Shown: positions 29,544 to 42,479 of the stretch, piece by piece | How positions within the stretch are numbered: position 1 is the first letter of the stretch | Layout: every line of letters begins with the position of its first letter | NCBI GenBank assembly: GCA_964016885.1 | Contig: OZ024746.1 | Location: 46,686,001 to 46,750,000 of the forward strand | DNA: 64,000 bases | From: Eledone cirrhosa | Lineage: Eukaryota | Direction of reading: 5' to 3' | The notes under the pieces: generated by a model | What the model was told of the DNA's origin: nothing | What the model saw: the letters and a program-made list of their open reading frames with translations, nothing else | Databases searched by the model: none | Made by a program: the position numbers and the translations under genes

Positions 29544-30935
29544 ATGGCAAAAAACAATCCCTCCATTGGCTATATGAATAGAATGAAGCTACACAGGGAC
29601 GAAATGCACCCAGAGCTAAATTATTTCACAGCGAAACAATTACGCCAACAAGCGACGTTTGTTGAACGTAAAAATGAGATAAATATTATTAATTGTAAGT
29701 CCCCCATAACAAACATGGAATCAACAACACGTGCTACAGATCGCCATGCTACTAGACTTCCTAGCAGCCAGGTCGAGCAGCGCCTTGAAACAACTATGCC
29801 TGTAAGAAACTTGACACTGTACCATCTAAGTCTACCTCGAATGCTGGGGAAAACACTATCGATAATAATAATAATCGAAGAAATAATAATAATAATCGAA
29901 TAAATGTGACACCACGTATACCATCCGAGTCTACCTCGACTGTTGTGGAAAATACTATCGATAATGATAATCAAAAGTATAAACAATTGAAAATTTCCCT
30001 CAACGAAATCTTCCATAAAGAAATTAACTCATGTATAAATATCTCTCTGGCTGAACGTGTTAAAATGACAATGGTGAATAAAAAACCAAATAATGAAATA
30101 CTACGTGTTATTGACGAAATAGGGGATGAATATTTACGACGGATAAAAACCCCAACATTTTGGCAAATCAACGCCTGTTTATATGCCTTAGCAATGACAG
30201 TGAAGCATTATCTTGGTGATAGCAGAGATATTAACAAGAACAAAACACCACCAAAAATAGCATCATATATAACTAAAATAGAAAAAAAGAGTGCTGACCT
30301 ACGAAAAAACATAGGACATGTGATAATGCTCCTTACATGCATACAAACACAAAAAAACCTCACTCCTCACCAACAAAGAGTGAAAAATAAAATAGAGACG
30401 ATGTTTGGTAACAGTAGAACCAGAACTCTCCAATATAAGCTAATCACCCTCAAACAAGAATTGAGAGCTGTTAGCGAAAAACGCCGATACCTGAAGAAGG
30501 TAGATGACAGAAAAATGCTTAATAAAAGATTAAGACGAAACCAAACTATAGAGATATGGAGGGCAAAATAATAAGTGTCACTGAGGCCCCATCCCAGAAA
30601 GACATAGATTCCTTTTGGAGAAAAATATGGGGTGAAAAGAAAAATTTCAACCAAGATGCAGTGTGGCTAAGAGAAATCCGAAAGAACTATTGCTCCTGCA
30701 CTACAACAAATACATACGAAATAAGTGAGGGTACCCTTGAGACTGTGATAGGAAAACTCCAAGATAAAAAAACACCAGGAAGAGACATGATTGTCGGCTA
30801 CTGGTACAAAAAACTAATATTCTATCGGAGGTATCTTACTGACCTCTACCAACAAGTTCTTAAGGGAGATACACTTATACCAGAATGGTTGACATTAGCA
30901 CAAACGTTACTGGTCCCCAAGAACAAAGTCACCCA
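29544..30935 (+). pseudogene. R4/Dong-like LINE N-terminal and pre-RT fragment, frameshifted
   Basis: FWRKIWGE...WL...KTPGRDMIVGYWYKKL...IPEWLTLAQTLLVPK. Confidence 0.75.
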
Positions 30936-32607
30936 CCTGGCGCTCCTGATGTCTTAGCGGCAATAAAGGAAATCAAGCATAATTCAGCAGTAGGTCCCGA
31001 TAGGTTCCCTGCTTGTGTCTTGAAGGCGTGTCAACACCAACTTGCATCTCCTCTTGCCAATCTGTGGCGGAACTCACTGGATGCTGGATATGTGCCAGAA
31101 AACCTTCTATCCCAGTCTGTTGTCCCAGTTTTCAAAAAGGGAAACAAATCCCTTGCCGTGAATTACCGTCCAATCTCACTCACCTCTCATATCATTAAGG
31201 TATTTGAGAGAGTGGTGAGATCGCGAATGACCCACTTCCTTGAGAGTAACAATATGCTGAACTCCAACCAGCATGGATTCCGTAATGGAAGGGATTGCCT
31301 GACGCAGCTACTGCATCACTTTGATGACATTTTGAGAGCCTTGGGAGAGGGTTCCAACACTGATGTTATCTACCTTGATTTCAGCAAGGCCTTTGACAGG
31401 GTTGATCATAACATTCTACTGAGAAAGCTGTCCAATATTGGTGTCACTGGAAAGCTGCTGCAGTGGATTAAGAGCTTCCTGTCAAACGGAACCCAACATG
31501 TTGTAGTTGAAGGAGTCAAATCCAGCCCAGCCAAAGTCAGTAGTGGGGTCCCCACAAGGCACTGTGTTGGGCCCACTTCTCTTCATCATCTATATTAATG
31601 ACATCACTGACATCATCAAACACAGCAACATTAAAATTTTCGCTGATGATTCCAAGCTCCAAAAGGTCATCAATGGCGTGGATGACCGGATAAGCCTTCA
31701 GTCAGACCTACTGGCTGTTACCCAATGGGCAGAAAAGAACATGTTACTGAGCGAAGACAAATTCGAACTGATCCACTTTGGAAAAGAGGATGCTCTGAAA
31801 CTCCCGTACTCCCTTCCCTCCGGGGAAACTCTCGTGGCATCTAACAACATCAGAGACTTGGGAGTAACCGTGGACAGCAACATAAGCTGGGCCACGCATA
31901 TAAGCAGCAAAGTTGACATGGCCCGCAGAATGTGTTCCTGGATCCTCAGAACCTTCCAGTCGAGAGATTCCCACACCATTATCCTTCTCTTCTCTACTTT
32001 TGCCCGACCACACCTTGAATACTGTTGTCCACTGTGGTCTCCCCACACGAAACAAAGTATCATGAAACTTGAAGCTCCTCAAAGGGCAATCACGAAAAAG
32101 ATAGATGGCATGTCAGACCTTGACTACTGGGGTCGACTAGAAAAGCTGAAACTTTACTCACTCCAACGTCGCTCTGAGCGTTATATTATCTGCATGATGT
32201 GGAAAATGTTCCATCATCACTGCCCAAATGATGTTGGCATCGCCTTCAAGATACACCCAAGGCTTGGGCCCCGTGCTATCCGTCCCATACAAAAATCTAA
32301 ATCGCAACTCATAACAACAATACGGCACAATTATTTCACCTCAATCGGCCCTGCTCTCTTCAACATCACACCAGGACACGTCAAAACAGAAACTGACCAC
32401 ACAAAATTCAAGAAGTCTTTGGACAAATTCCTCCAAGTAATCCCGGACAAACCACCCACACCCGGATATGTCTCCGCAAACAGTAATTCTCTTCTCGAAT
32501 GGGCCATGGTGCCCAAATCCTGAATTGAAAGACTTCGCCAGGTGGTGCTATTAAGTTAGACATGGCATGGGCCAATACTGGCCAAAACATTTCAAAGTTA
32601 AGTTAAG

Positions 32608-32609
<2 letters not shown>
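30936..32609 (+). pseudogene. 5'-truncated CR1/L2-type LINE RT, one frameshift near 31550, (AAGTT)n tail
   Basis: GPD, YRPISLTS, NQHGFR, YLDFSKAFD, PQGTVLGPLLF, FADD, RPHLEYC; 3' end AAGTTAAGTTAAGTT abutting (TA)n. Confidence 0.92.
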
Positions 32610-32696
<87 letters not shown>

Positions 32697-32748
32697 CAAT
32701 ATATATATATATATATAGACAATATATATATATATATATATATATAGA

Positions 32749-32990
32749 CAATATATTAACAAATGGAAACTATATTTATAAAACCATATTTATTTCATTA
32801 TACCTATTTCAAGCGCCACCAAGGCAGATTATGGTGCGCTTTCATCAGATAAAATATAATACAGGTTAGTTTTATAAATAAATATTGACATACCCTGAAA
32901 AATGCAACCTTCACGGTTGGAGTCACCTGGACATGTATAATGAAATAAATAAGGTTTTATAAATATAGTTTCCATTTGCTAATATATTGT
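32749..32990. mobile_element. Foldback non-coding element with a hammerhead-like motif on the minus strand (~32795-32855); related fragment at 58386-58560
   Basis: Terminal IR CAATATATT..CAAATGGAAACTATATTTATAAAACC; minus strand CUGAUGA-AAGCGCACCA...UGGUGGCGCUU-GAAAUAGGUA; stem I poor. Confidence 0.6.
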
Positions 32991-33078
32991 ATATATACTC
33001 CAATTAATTTGTTGAGTGCTTTATATCAGTTATAAAAATATTTTGCTTGTTGTATCCCAACAAATTAAATATAACCTC

Positions 33079-34269
<1,191 letters not shown>

Positions 34270-34277
<8 letters not shown>

Positions 34278-34477
34278 ATATTTGGGGAGGGTCATATTTG
34301 CGTAATATTGCCAGAATTAATAACAGAACACACTCACTGTTTGGTTGGTTTTCGCTTCTCGCTGTCTTTTATATATATATATCTGCGATCTAACTTACTC
34401 GGTCCTCAATGTTGCCATTGACTGACCGGCGGTCAAAAATAATACAGATACAATATAGACAAACACATATATATATA

Positions 34478-34486
<9 letters not shown>
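34270..34486 (-). mobile_element. Solo pLTR fragment of the intact PLE inside (TA)n
   Basis: Appears identical by eye to 8170-8386. Confidence 0.93.
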
Positions 34487-34508
<22 letters not shown>

Positions 34509-34694
34509 TAAATGAAAAGTATAGAAATGATTGTAGCTAGAAGCCAACAGTATTCCATAATATATAAGTGACTATAGCGTCAAAATAGAAAAATATTTAT
34601 ATATATATATATATAGTGGTAGAACACTGGAAGGTGAAATCAGTAGTGGTAGAGCACTCAGTCCATGGGACGAGTTAGGTAGAAGTTCAACATT

Positions 34695-34734
34695 CCGAGA
34701 ACAATTGTTTCACCAGATGGGATCTTCAGCTCGG
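34695..34734 (-). ncRNA. Minimal type I hammerhead
   Basis: CCGAG-CUGAAGA-UCCCAUCUGGU-GAAAC-AAUU-GUU-CUCGG. Confidence 0.8.
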
Positions 34735-35864
34735 GCTGGTTATGGTTATACGGAATAAGAAGAATAACCGCATGAACGCGCATGCGCAGAAACGGTCACT
34801 TCACCCAAGCGATACAATGCCACGGGCGAAAGGTGTAAGGGAGATAACTGCGAAAGTCCGAAAAGTAGTTCGAGTTGGAAAGAAAATTAGAATGTTGTTG
34901 TTATTCAATCCGGAGCTTTGTAGTGCTGTAAGAGGTGTTTCCAGGCATGTGGACAACGTGTGAAGATTTTATTTTCTTGAGTTTAGGCAATCGCTATTGC
35001 GTAATCCCCTTAAAATATTTATCCGTTCATCAATACACAGTCCACAAGACGGATTGCCCCTTGCGTATGATTTGGACTTAGTGATGGCTTTCCATTGAAT
35101 GTAGTAATCTATACTTGAGTCCTTGGGGGACCGTACGTGGCTCGCGAGTTTCGTAGATGATCGTTTGTCCGGGTACTTAAAGGTCGACTGATGGTTCAGG
35201 AAGCGTTCCTTAAATCGGCCCGCCGCCATACCCACATAGGATTTTACCTCCTGTGGTTTATTTGGTCGGTTGGAAGTGACCACAGCTTCATAAACTACAG
35301 CGGGTGTGTTGCATTGCTGTTGGAGAGGACAAACTTCAGGCTTTCGACAAGAGCACTCTGGTGGGGTGCTGCTCTTAGGGCTGTTAGTGATGTGGGCCTT
35401 CTTATTCTTAGCGCAGGACTACCTTAGTTTTTCTCTGTGTCTGTTAAAGATGGAGCGGTATTTGTGACCTACGGGAAAGTGATTATCTAAGAGGGCTAAA
35501 AAAAATGTTTCCTACATTAGTTTTAACGTTGAGTGAGAAGGGAGGAGAGAACCAGATAGTTTTCTATTGTTGCGATTTCTTTTCTTATTGCTGTTGTTGT
35601 TAGTGGGAGAGTAAGTGATTGGTTGCGAGAAGATGCTGTTAGCTAACGCCGTGGGTGCCGCTCTGTCAAAGATAGTCTTATTAGAGGAGAGGTTAGAGAT
35701 TCTAGTACTGATATCATTTACGAAGTTTCTAAAAACAGTGGGAGGGTGGCAGTTATCTCCCTTACACCTTTCGCCCGTGGCATTGTATCACTTGGGTGAA
35801 GTGACCGTTTCTGCGCATGCGCATTCATGCGGTTATTCTTCCTATTCCGTATAACCATAACCAG

Positions 35865-35906
35865 TCCGAGCTGAAGATCCGCTAAGGTGAAACAATTGTT
35901 CTCGGA
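35865..35906 (+). ncRNA. Minimal type I hammerhead
   Basis: UCCGAG-CUGAAGA-UCCGCUAAGGU-GAAAC-AAUU-GUU-CUCGGA; palindromic ACAAUUGU. Confidence 0.85.
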
Positions 35907-35932
35907 ATAGTGAACTAACTGTTGTTTTACCA

Positions 35933-35970
<38 letters not shown>

Positions 35971-36514
35971 ACATATTAAGATGACAGATCAAGTTCATAA
36001 ATCATTTAATTCTTTACAATTGTTTCATATACACACACACACCACACAATAATATTCCAATAAACACACTACATACCATATCACAGCAACATAAATACAC
36101 TGCACATACATTCATTTAACTCTCAACCCTACTACCTCATACATATACATTTGTATTGACAAAGCGACGCCCACTATGCACATGACAGAAACACCTACTT
36201 ATACATCCACAACATACGCATACATTCCATCATTTATTCCCCAGAATGTCACAAAACTCTACACGTGAAACTTATTTGATGGATTGTTTCTACGATTTTC
36301 GTCTTTGTTCTTTCTTCCTTGATGTAAAATAAACAAACTGGAACGAAAGAACATTCCTCTTTTTATTCATTCCAACGTTAAACTAATATTACATTTTGTA
36401 CTTTCGTTGATCATTCGATTGTTTTGTTTCTGAATACTATCCGGAATGTTCAACTACGCTGAGGCAGCCCACCTTAACCTATTTAGAATAGATCGGATCT
36501 GCAATTATTATTTT

Positions 36515-37050
36515 GGATTGGCTGTATCGATAAAGCATCGGACAATATGCTTAGTGGCATATATTTAAGGGCCTTTATATTCTGAGTTCAAATCTTGCCG
36601 CGGTTAGCTTTGACTTTCATCCTTGCAAGGTCGATAAAATAAAGTACCAGTAACGCACTGGGGTCAATCAATTTAATCGACCATCTGCACTCCCAAAATT
36701 GTTGACTTTGTGCCTAAATCAGAAATTATTAGTAGTATCGGACACCATGCTTTGCAGCAAAGAGTTACGGCCCTTTATGGTCTGAGTTCAAACCCCGCCG
36801 AAGTTAACTTTGCCTTTCATCCTTATAGGATCGATAAAATAATGTACCAGCAATACACTGGTATAATTGCTGACCTTGTGCCAAAAGTAGAAACAATTAT
36901 TATGGTGGATTGGCAGTATCGGTAGAGGGCCGGACGCTTCACTTTATGATCTGAGTTCAAATCCCGCCGAGGTTAACTTTGCCTTTCATCCTTACGGGGT
37001 CGATAAAATAAAGTACCAGTAATGTACTGAGTAATTGCTGGCCTTGTGCC
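36515..37050 (+). mobile_element. Three head-to-tail SINE copies
   Basis: B box GAGTTCAAA and central domain near 36585, 36785 and 36955. Confidence 0.82.
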
Positions 37051-38559
37051 AGTGGTAGTAGCAGTAGTAGAAGTAGTAGTAGTACACCAGAGTAAATTCT
37101 TGCCCTCAACTAAATGAGTGTCGTCAAATTTCTTTTACGTTGACATTGTTTTACATGTTTCTGAGATCGATAAAATATATATAAAACATATACCAATCAT
37201 GTACTTGGAGTAATTAAGCGACTATACTTATTCAAGGAAAACTAATGGCCTAGTTGCTAAATAAGTGATTCTGTGATATTTACAGTAATGCAAGACATTC
37301 TCCATAAATTGAATCGTTAGTTGGAGTTATTTCACTTCTCTATCTTTGTTAATGTTCCTGAGAGAAAGCATGAATGTTTCATAACTCCATTTCATTACAA
37401 TACAGAGATTTATACACACTTAGAAATTTATATTAATCTCTAGCCCACACCTGCGCAGTTGAATTCTAGCAAAATTCCTCAGAGAACGTTTATGGAATTT
37501 CGTTTAATCCCAATCAAAAGACCAGGATTCCTGTGCATATTGATATCATTTTTTTTCCAAGATTTCATTATTTCCATCATAAGTAAAAGAGGTGATAAAA
37601 ACACCTTTATTTTGACATTAACGTTGCTTTAGTGTCAGATTTTCTTTATATTAACTTTCAGATAATCATTCATAAGATAAAACTGAACGCAGCATTTCAA
37701 ATGAATTAACGAGAAACTCAGCAATCCTAATTTAAATACCATAAAGTAGGAATTCTCTCTGAATCATTAAGACAAGGAAAAAATGTTCACCCAATAAAAC
37801 GTGCTGCTGAAAATTGAGGAAGATAACATGTTTATTTCTTTTCGGAAACATAGAAAGAAAGAAGATCAAATAAATTTAGGGAACGTTTGTCAGAAGAGTA
37901 TACGCAGAGAAGAAAAGTAAGGTATAAAACTAATTTCACTGTTAAGAATTACTGGAAATAATACAGGTGTATGAACGAAAAATAAGATAGTGAACGCAAA
38001 CATTATTGATATCTAAAGCCATATCTAACACATGGTGGAAAATATATACTTCAAAACGGAATTATTTTAGTGTTGACATGATATCACTGACATTAGTTTC
38101 TGCAGGTATATAAATTGTATAATGATTTTCATCAACAGGCTACAATACCAATGTAACGTCCTGCAACATTGCTTAAAACATCCGTTGAGAAACATCGATA
38201 ATTCTAGTGTATTTTTAAGGCAATATTTCAGCTGCGTTTATTTGGGCATGCTCTACGAAATTGAAGTAGCATAACAAGACAGAAAATACATTCACAAATA
38301 TTCTAGGATGCAGATGTTTTACGACTCACTGTTAAATCACTATATCACAGACATGCAGTCCTAATTCTCCTGTTCACCGATTGTCAAGACGAGAGCATAT
38401 ATATGTATGTGTGTGTGTGTGTGTGTGTGTGTGCGTGAAAAGACTTGCTTAACATACAAGCTGAAACCACTGGACACCGCAGTAAGGATTTTACATCTCT
38501 CCCCCATCTCTCTCTCTATATATAGATATATTTATATATATAAAGGAAAATACAACAAG

Positions 38560-40510
38560 GCCGGATTAGGCCGGTTGTAAATATATTCCGGTCGATTCCA
38601 TCCAGACCTACAAAGCTGGCAATGGCTGATCCTCCTTCATTTGATGAGGTGGCGAAGGCCATTGCCAAATTAAATAGCGGCAAGTCATCTGGAATGGATG
38701 GACTGAGTGCCGAGATTTTCAAGTGTGCTGGTGATAACTTCTTAAATCGCCTCACTGATCTCTTTGTGAATGTTTGGAATGACGAAGATGTGCCACAGGA
38801 TTGGAAATATGCATTGATGGTGGTACTTTACAAAGGAAAGGGAGCCAAAGATGACTGTTGCAACTACAGAGGTAGTTATCTGCTATCTGTGGCTGGCAAG
38901 ATCTTGTGCAGGATATTGTTGGATAGATTGATAGAGCACATTGTTGTTGAGGTACTTCCTGAGTCCCAATGTGGCTTTAGGAATGGCAGAGGCACTCTTG
39001 ACATGATTTTCTCGGCCAAACAACTTCAAGAGAAATGCATTGAGCAGCGCATGGACTTATACCAAGTTTTTGTCGATCTGACCAAGGTATTTGACACCGT
39101 TAATCGGAAGGCTTTCTGGGTTATTTTGGAGAGATTGGGCTATCCTGGAAAGTTTGTGAACATTCTGAAACTCTTTCACGATGACATGCAGGCATGGGTG
39201 AATGTTGGAGGTAAACTGTCTGAGTCAATCTCGGTTGAAAATGGTGATATACCTGCATGCATCGACTTTGTTTGCCTTGTATTTCGCGATGGTGTTCTTC
39301 ATGGCCTTCAAGGATTGTCAACACGGTATCTATCTCAAATATCGCACTTCCGGCAGGCTGTTTAACCTTATGCGTCTCACTGCCAACACTAAGGTACTGA
39401 GTACCTTGATCAGAGAATTTTTATATGCAGATGATTGTGATCTCTTTGCACACTCCCAGAATGACATGCAACACCTTATGAATTCTTTTTCCAATGCGTG
39501 CAGTGCTTTGAGACTGACAATCAGTCTGAAGAAGACTGTCGTCATGTACCAGCCTGCTCTGGATAAAGCTTTCAATGAACCCTCCATACACGTATACGGT
39601 CAAAAGCTGAAGGCTGCTGACACATTTGTGTATTTGGGGAGTACTCTGAGTGTGACCTGCTCTCTGGATGCAGAAGCTGGTCTGCGTGTTAGTAAGGCAA
39701 GTGAGTCATTTGGAAGGCTCAACGACCGTCTTTGGTGCAGGCGAGGAATCACAATGAGGACCAAGGTGAGAGTGTATGCTGCATGTGTACTGTCAGCTTT
39801 GTTGTATGCATGGGTTGCCTACAAACGGCATATCCACAGACTGGAACGGTTTCACCAGCAGTGTCTCAGAAAGATGCTCGGTATCAAGTGGCAGATGCAT
39901 GTGAGTGATGTTGAGGTCCATGAGAGAAGTGAGTGTCGGAGCATTGAGAGTATCATCCACCAACGGCGTTTCCGATGGACCGGGCACCTCTGCAGAATGG
40001 AGGATGATCGAATCCCAAAACAACTCTTGTATGGCGAGCTTTTTGAGGGTAAGAAACCACCTCATAAGCCAAAGCTCCGATTCAATGATTGTGTAAAGGA
40101 CTCATTGAAAAAACCGGTTTGATGATGGCTGATCAAAGAGAGACTTGGCGTGGAATGGTGAATGATGGGGTCCATAATTTTAAGGACAGACGCATAGAGC
40201 ACGAGAAGATCAAACCGGATGTGCGTAAGCAATGCCCTGGTGTATCTCTCGAAACGATCGGTGTCTCCATTGAATTGAAGTGCCCTGAGTGTGGAAAAAT
40301 TTGCTTGAGCAAATCTGGTCTCAGGAGCCACAGTCACAGCCATGTTCAAAGAGAACCAGTGAACTATGATCTCCACGGTGTTGTGAGGGTTCACGGGCAA
40401 CCTGATGCAAGACCTCAAGCCAGGGAGATCCATAGTTATCATCAGTGTGTGAAGGAGTGCAAGTCTCTAGCGGGCTTGAAAAGCCATATCCGAGCGTCCC
40501 ACATATGAAT
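38560..40510 (+). pseudogene. 5'-truncated RTE-clade LINE with frameshifts
   Basis: GKSSGMDG, NYRG, PESQCGFR, FVDLTKVFD, LYADD, YLGS, RWTGHLCRMEDDRIPKQLLYGEL; C-terminal CPECGKIC...GLRSH zinc finger. Confidence 0.92.
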
Positions 40511-41142
40511 CTGACAAGCGATTGCAATACTCTTGGCAGAGTTTGCAGCCATCATGTATGTATGCATGCATGTATATATGTGTGTGTGTGTATATATATA
40601 CTTACCTACGTACCTCATTACCTACCTACCTACATAAATACATACACACACTCATACATATATATATATATATTTATTGCTGTTTATTAGCAATGATATT
40701 TACATATCTTTATATTCTTATCGTTGTAGGAAAAGTTTTTTTGTCTTAATTTCATTTTGCTTGTTTGAATTTACCTATTCTCCCACACCAGCTTCTGATA
40801 TCTGTTATAGAATTATTGACAATATTCCCTCACAATAACTGAGAAGAAGTGTTTTGTTCTCTTTGGTCAATGTTTGTATACATATCAATAATTCAGAAAG
40901 GTTAATTAGTCAGTATAGCTTTGCTTCCAAATAAAGAAACAGAATATATTATACGCCTCTGCAAAGAATATCATTATTTCAGATAAATCTGAATTGTTAG
41001 AGTATATACTACTTAACAATATTTCTCTCATATCTAAATCTGTTGGATTTGATTTCAAGAGTGTTCTCTTTTCTATTTATTGTTTTCATTTAGTTTATTC
41101 TAATATGTCGTGACATAAGATATGATGTATATATACATATAT

Positions 41143-41194
<52 letters not shown>

Positions 41195-41198
<4 letters not shown>

Positions 41199-41290
41199 GA
41201 TGCGAGTAACCTAGTGGTAATGCCGTGGGTTCGATTCCTTGACTGGGTTGTGTGTTGTGTTCTTGAGCAAAACACTTCATTTCACGTTAT
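41195..41290 (+). mobile_element. Fragment of a second SINE family (related fragment ~59229-59330)
   Basis: TAGTGG...GGTTCGATTCC Pol III boxes followed by GTTCTTGAGCAAAACACTT. Confidence 0.6.
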
Positions 41291-41342
41291 ATATATATAT
41301 ATATGTATATAACGTGAAATGAAGTGTTTATATATATATATA

Positions 41343-41586
41343 CAGTGGCGGACTGGGTCTAAAAGTATTGGTTGCAAGAAGATGAAGGGGGCCCTCTACA
41401 TAAAGAATGCTATAATTTAAATTTTATAATGAATAAATAACATTTTCCAAAAATCCATATGTGGAAACAAAAGAGTGCAATCAAATTTGCGGTGGAAAAT
41501 ATCTTACCCCTCCAATAAAAAAAATATTATGTATTTTGCGAAATCCAGAGACTTTCAATAATGACCTTTGGTCTTTCACACTCTCT

Positions 41587-41630
<44 letters not shown>

Positions 41631-41701
41631 CGTTTCTGAATTTGTTTAGCAAGATTCTTTATCTGAAATCGTGTGTTGGCAACATGACCCTCCCAAAGTA
41701 T

Positions 41702-41772
<71 letters not shown>

Positions 41773-42123
41773 TGCTGTGTGATCTGTGTCTATATATGTA
41801 TGATTGCTATTGAATACACTAAGCTTTAGATTTAGTAGAATGTACAACCACTGATTCCAGCTATTTACAGTATCGTATATTTTGGTTTTTAGTAATTCCT
41901 GTGGATTTGGTTGACCAAATGCTTTGCATAATTGTCTTATTTATTTATTTTTTAATTTTATATTTTCTCTTAGATTGCAGGTATTTTTTGAAAGCAAAGC
42001 ATTGGCCCCTAAAATACTACAAGTGGGCCCTGCAATGCTACTGTGGGTTCTTGCAATGCTACCGTGGGCCTCCTGGGTCCACTTTCCATTGGTCAGCCTG
42101 GCAACCTGGCCAGTCCGCCACTG
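41343..42123. mobile_element. Non-autonomous DNA transposon (MITE) with 14-bp TIRs, possibly hAT-like
   Basis: CAGTGGCGGACTGG at 41343 and CCAGTCCGCCACTG ending at 42123; both flanks are (TA)n. Confidence 0.8.
41627..41710. mobile_element. Tiny inverted pLTR-end pair nested in (TA)n within the MITE
   Basis: Left half matches 56930-56980; right half TTGGCAACATGACCCTCCCAAAGTATAACAATAT matches 57472-57505. Confidence 0.75.
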
Positions 42124-42382
42124 TATATATATATATATATATATATATCACAGAAAAAAGAGAATCAGTCTTGCGACAAAAGAAATTTATTGGACATATT
42201 ACAATTGTTTCTCGGGCGACCAGCTCGAGGCACGATCGATGTGGTGATCAAACCTGACTCTGAAATCACGCGGCCCTCGGATACGTCTGATATCATACTC
42301 TGCTCTACGAGGGCATCGAGTGCTCATACGGCCTACCGCATTCGGACGCTTTAAGCATCCAACACCAATTATATATATATAT

Positions 42383-42479
<97 letters not shown>

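Larger units (their letters stand above)
34680..35935. mobile_element. Decayed PLE with a GIY-YIG fragment and inverted pLTRs
   Basis: ORF 34969-35283 (-): YVGMAAGRFKERFLNHQSTF...CGLCIDE...I...LNSR; 34690-34850 is inverted relative to 35748-35910. Confidence 0.85.

Noticed and set aside
42195-42300. Minus-strand GAAACAATTGTA resembling hammerhead helix III
   Set aside because: No CUGANGA core upstream
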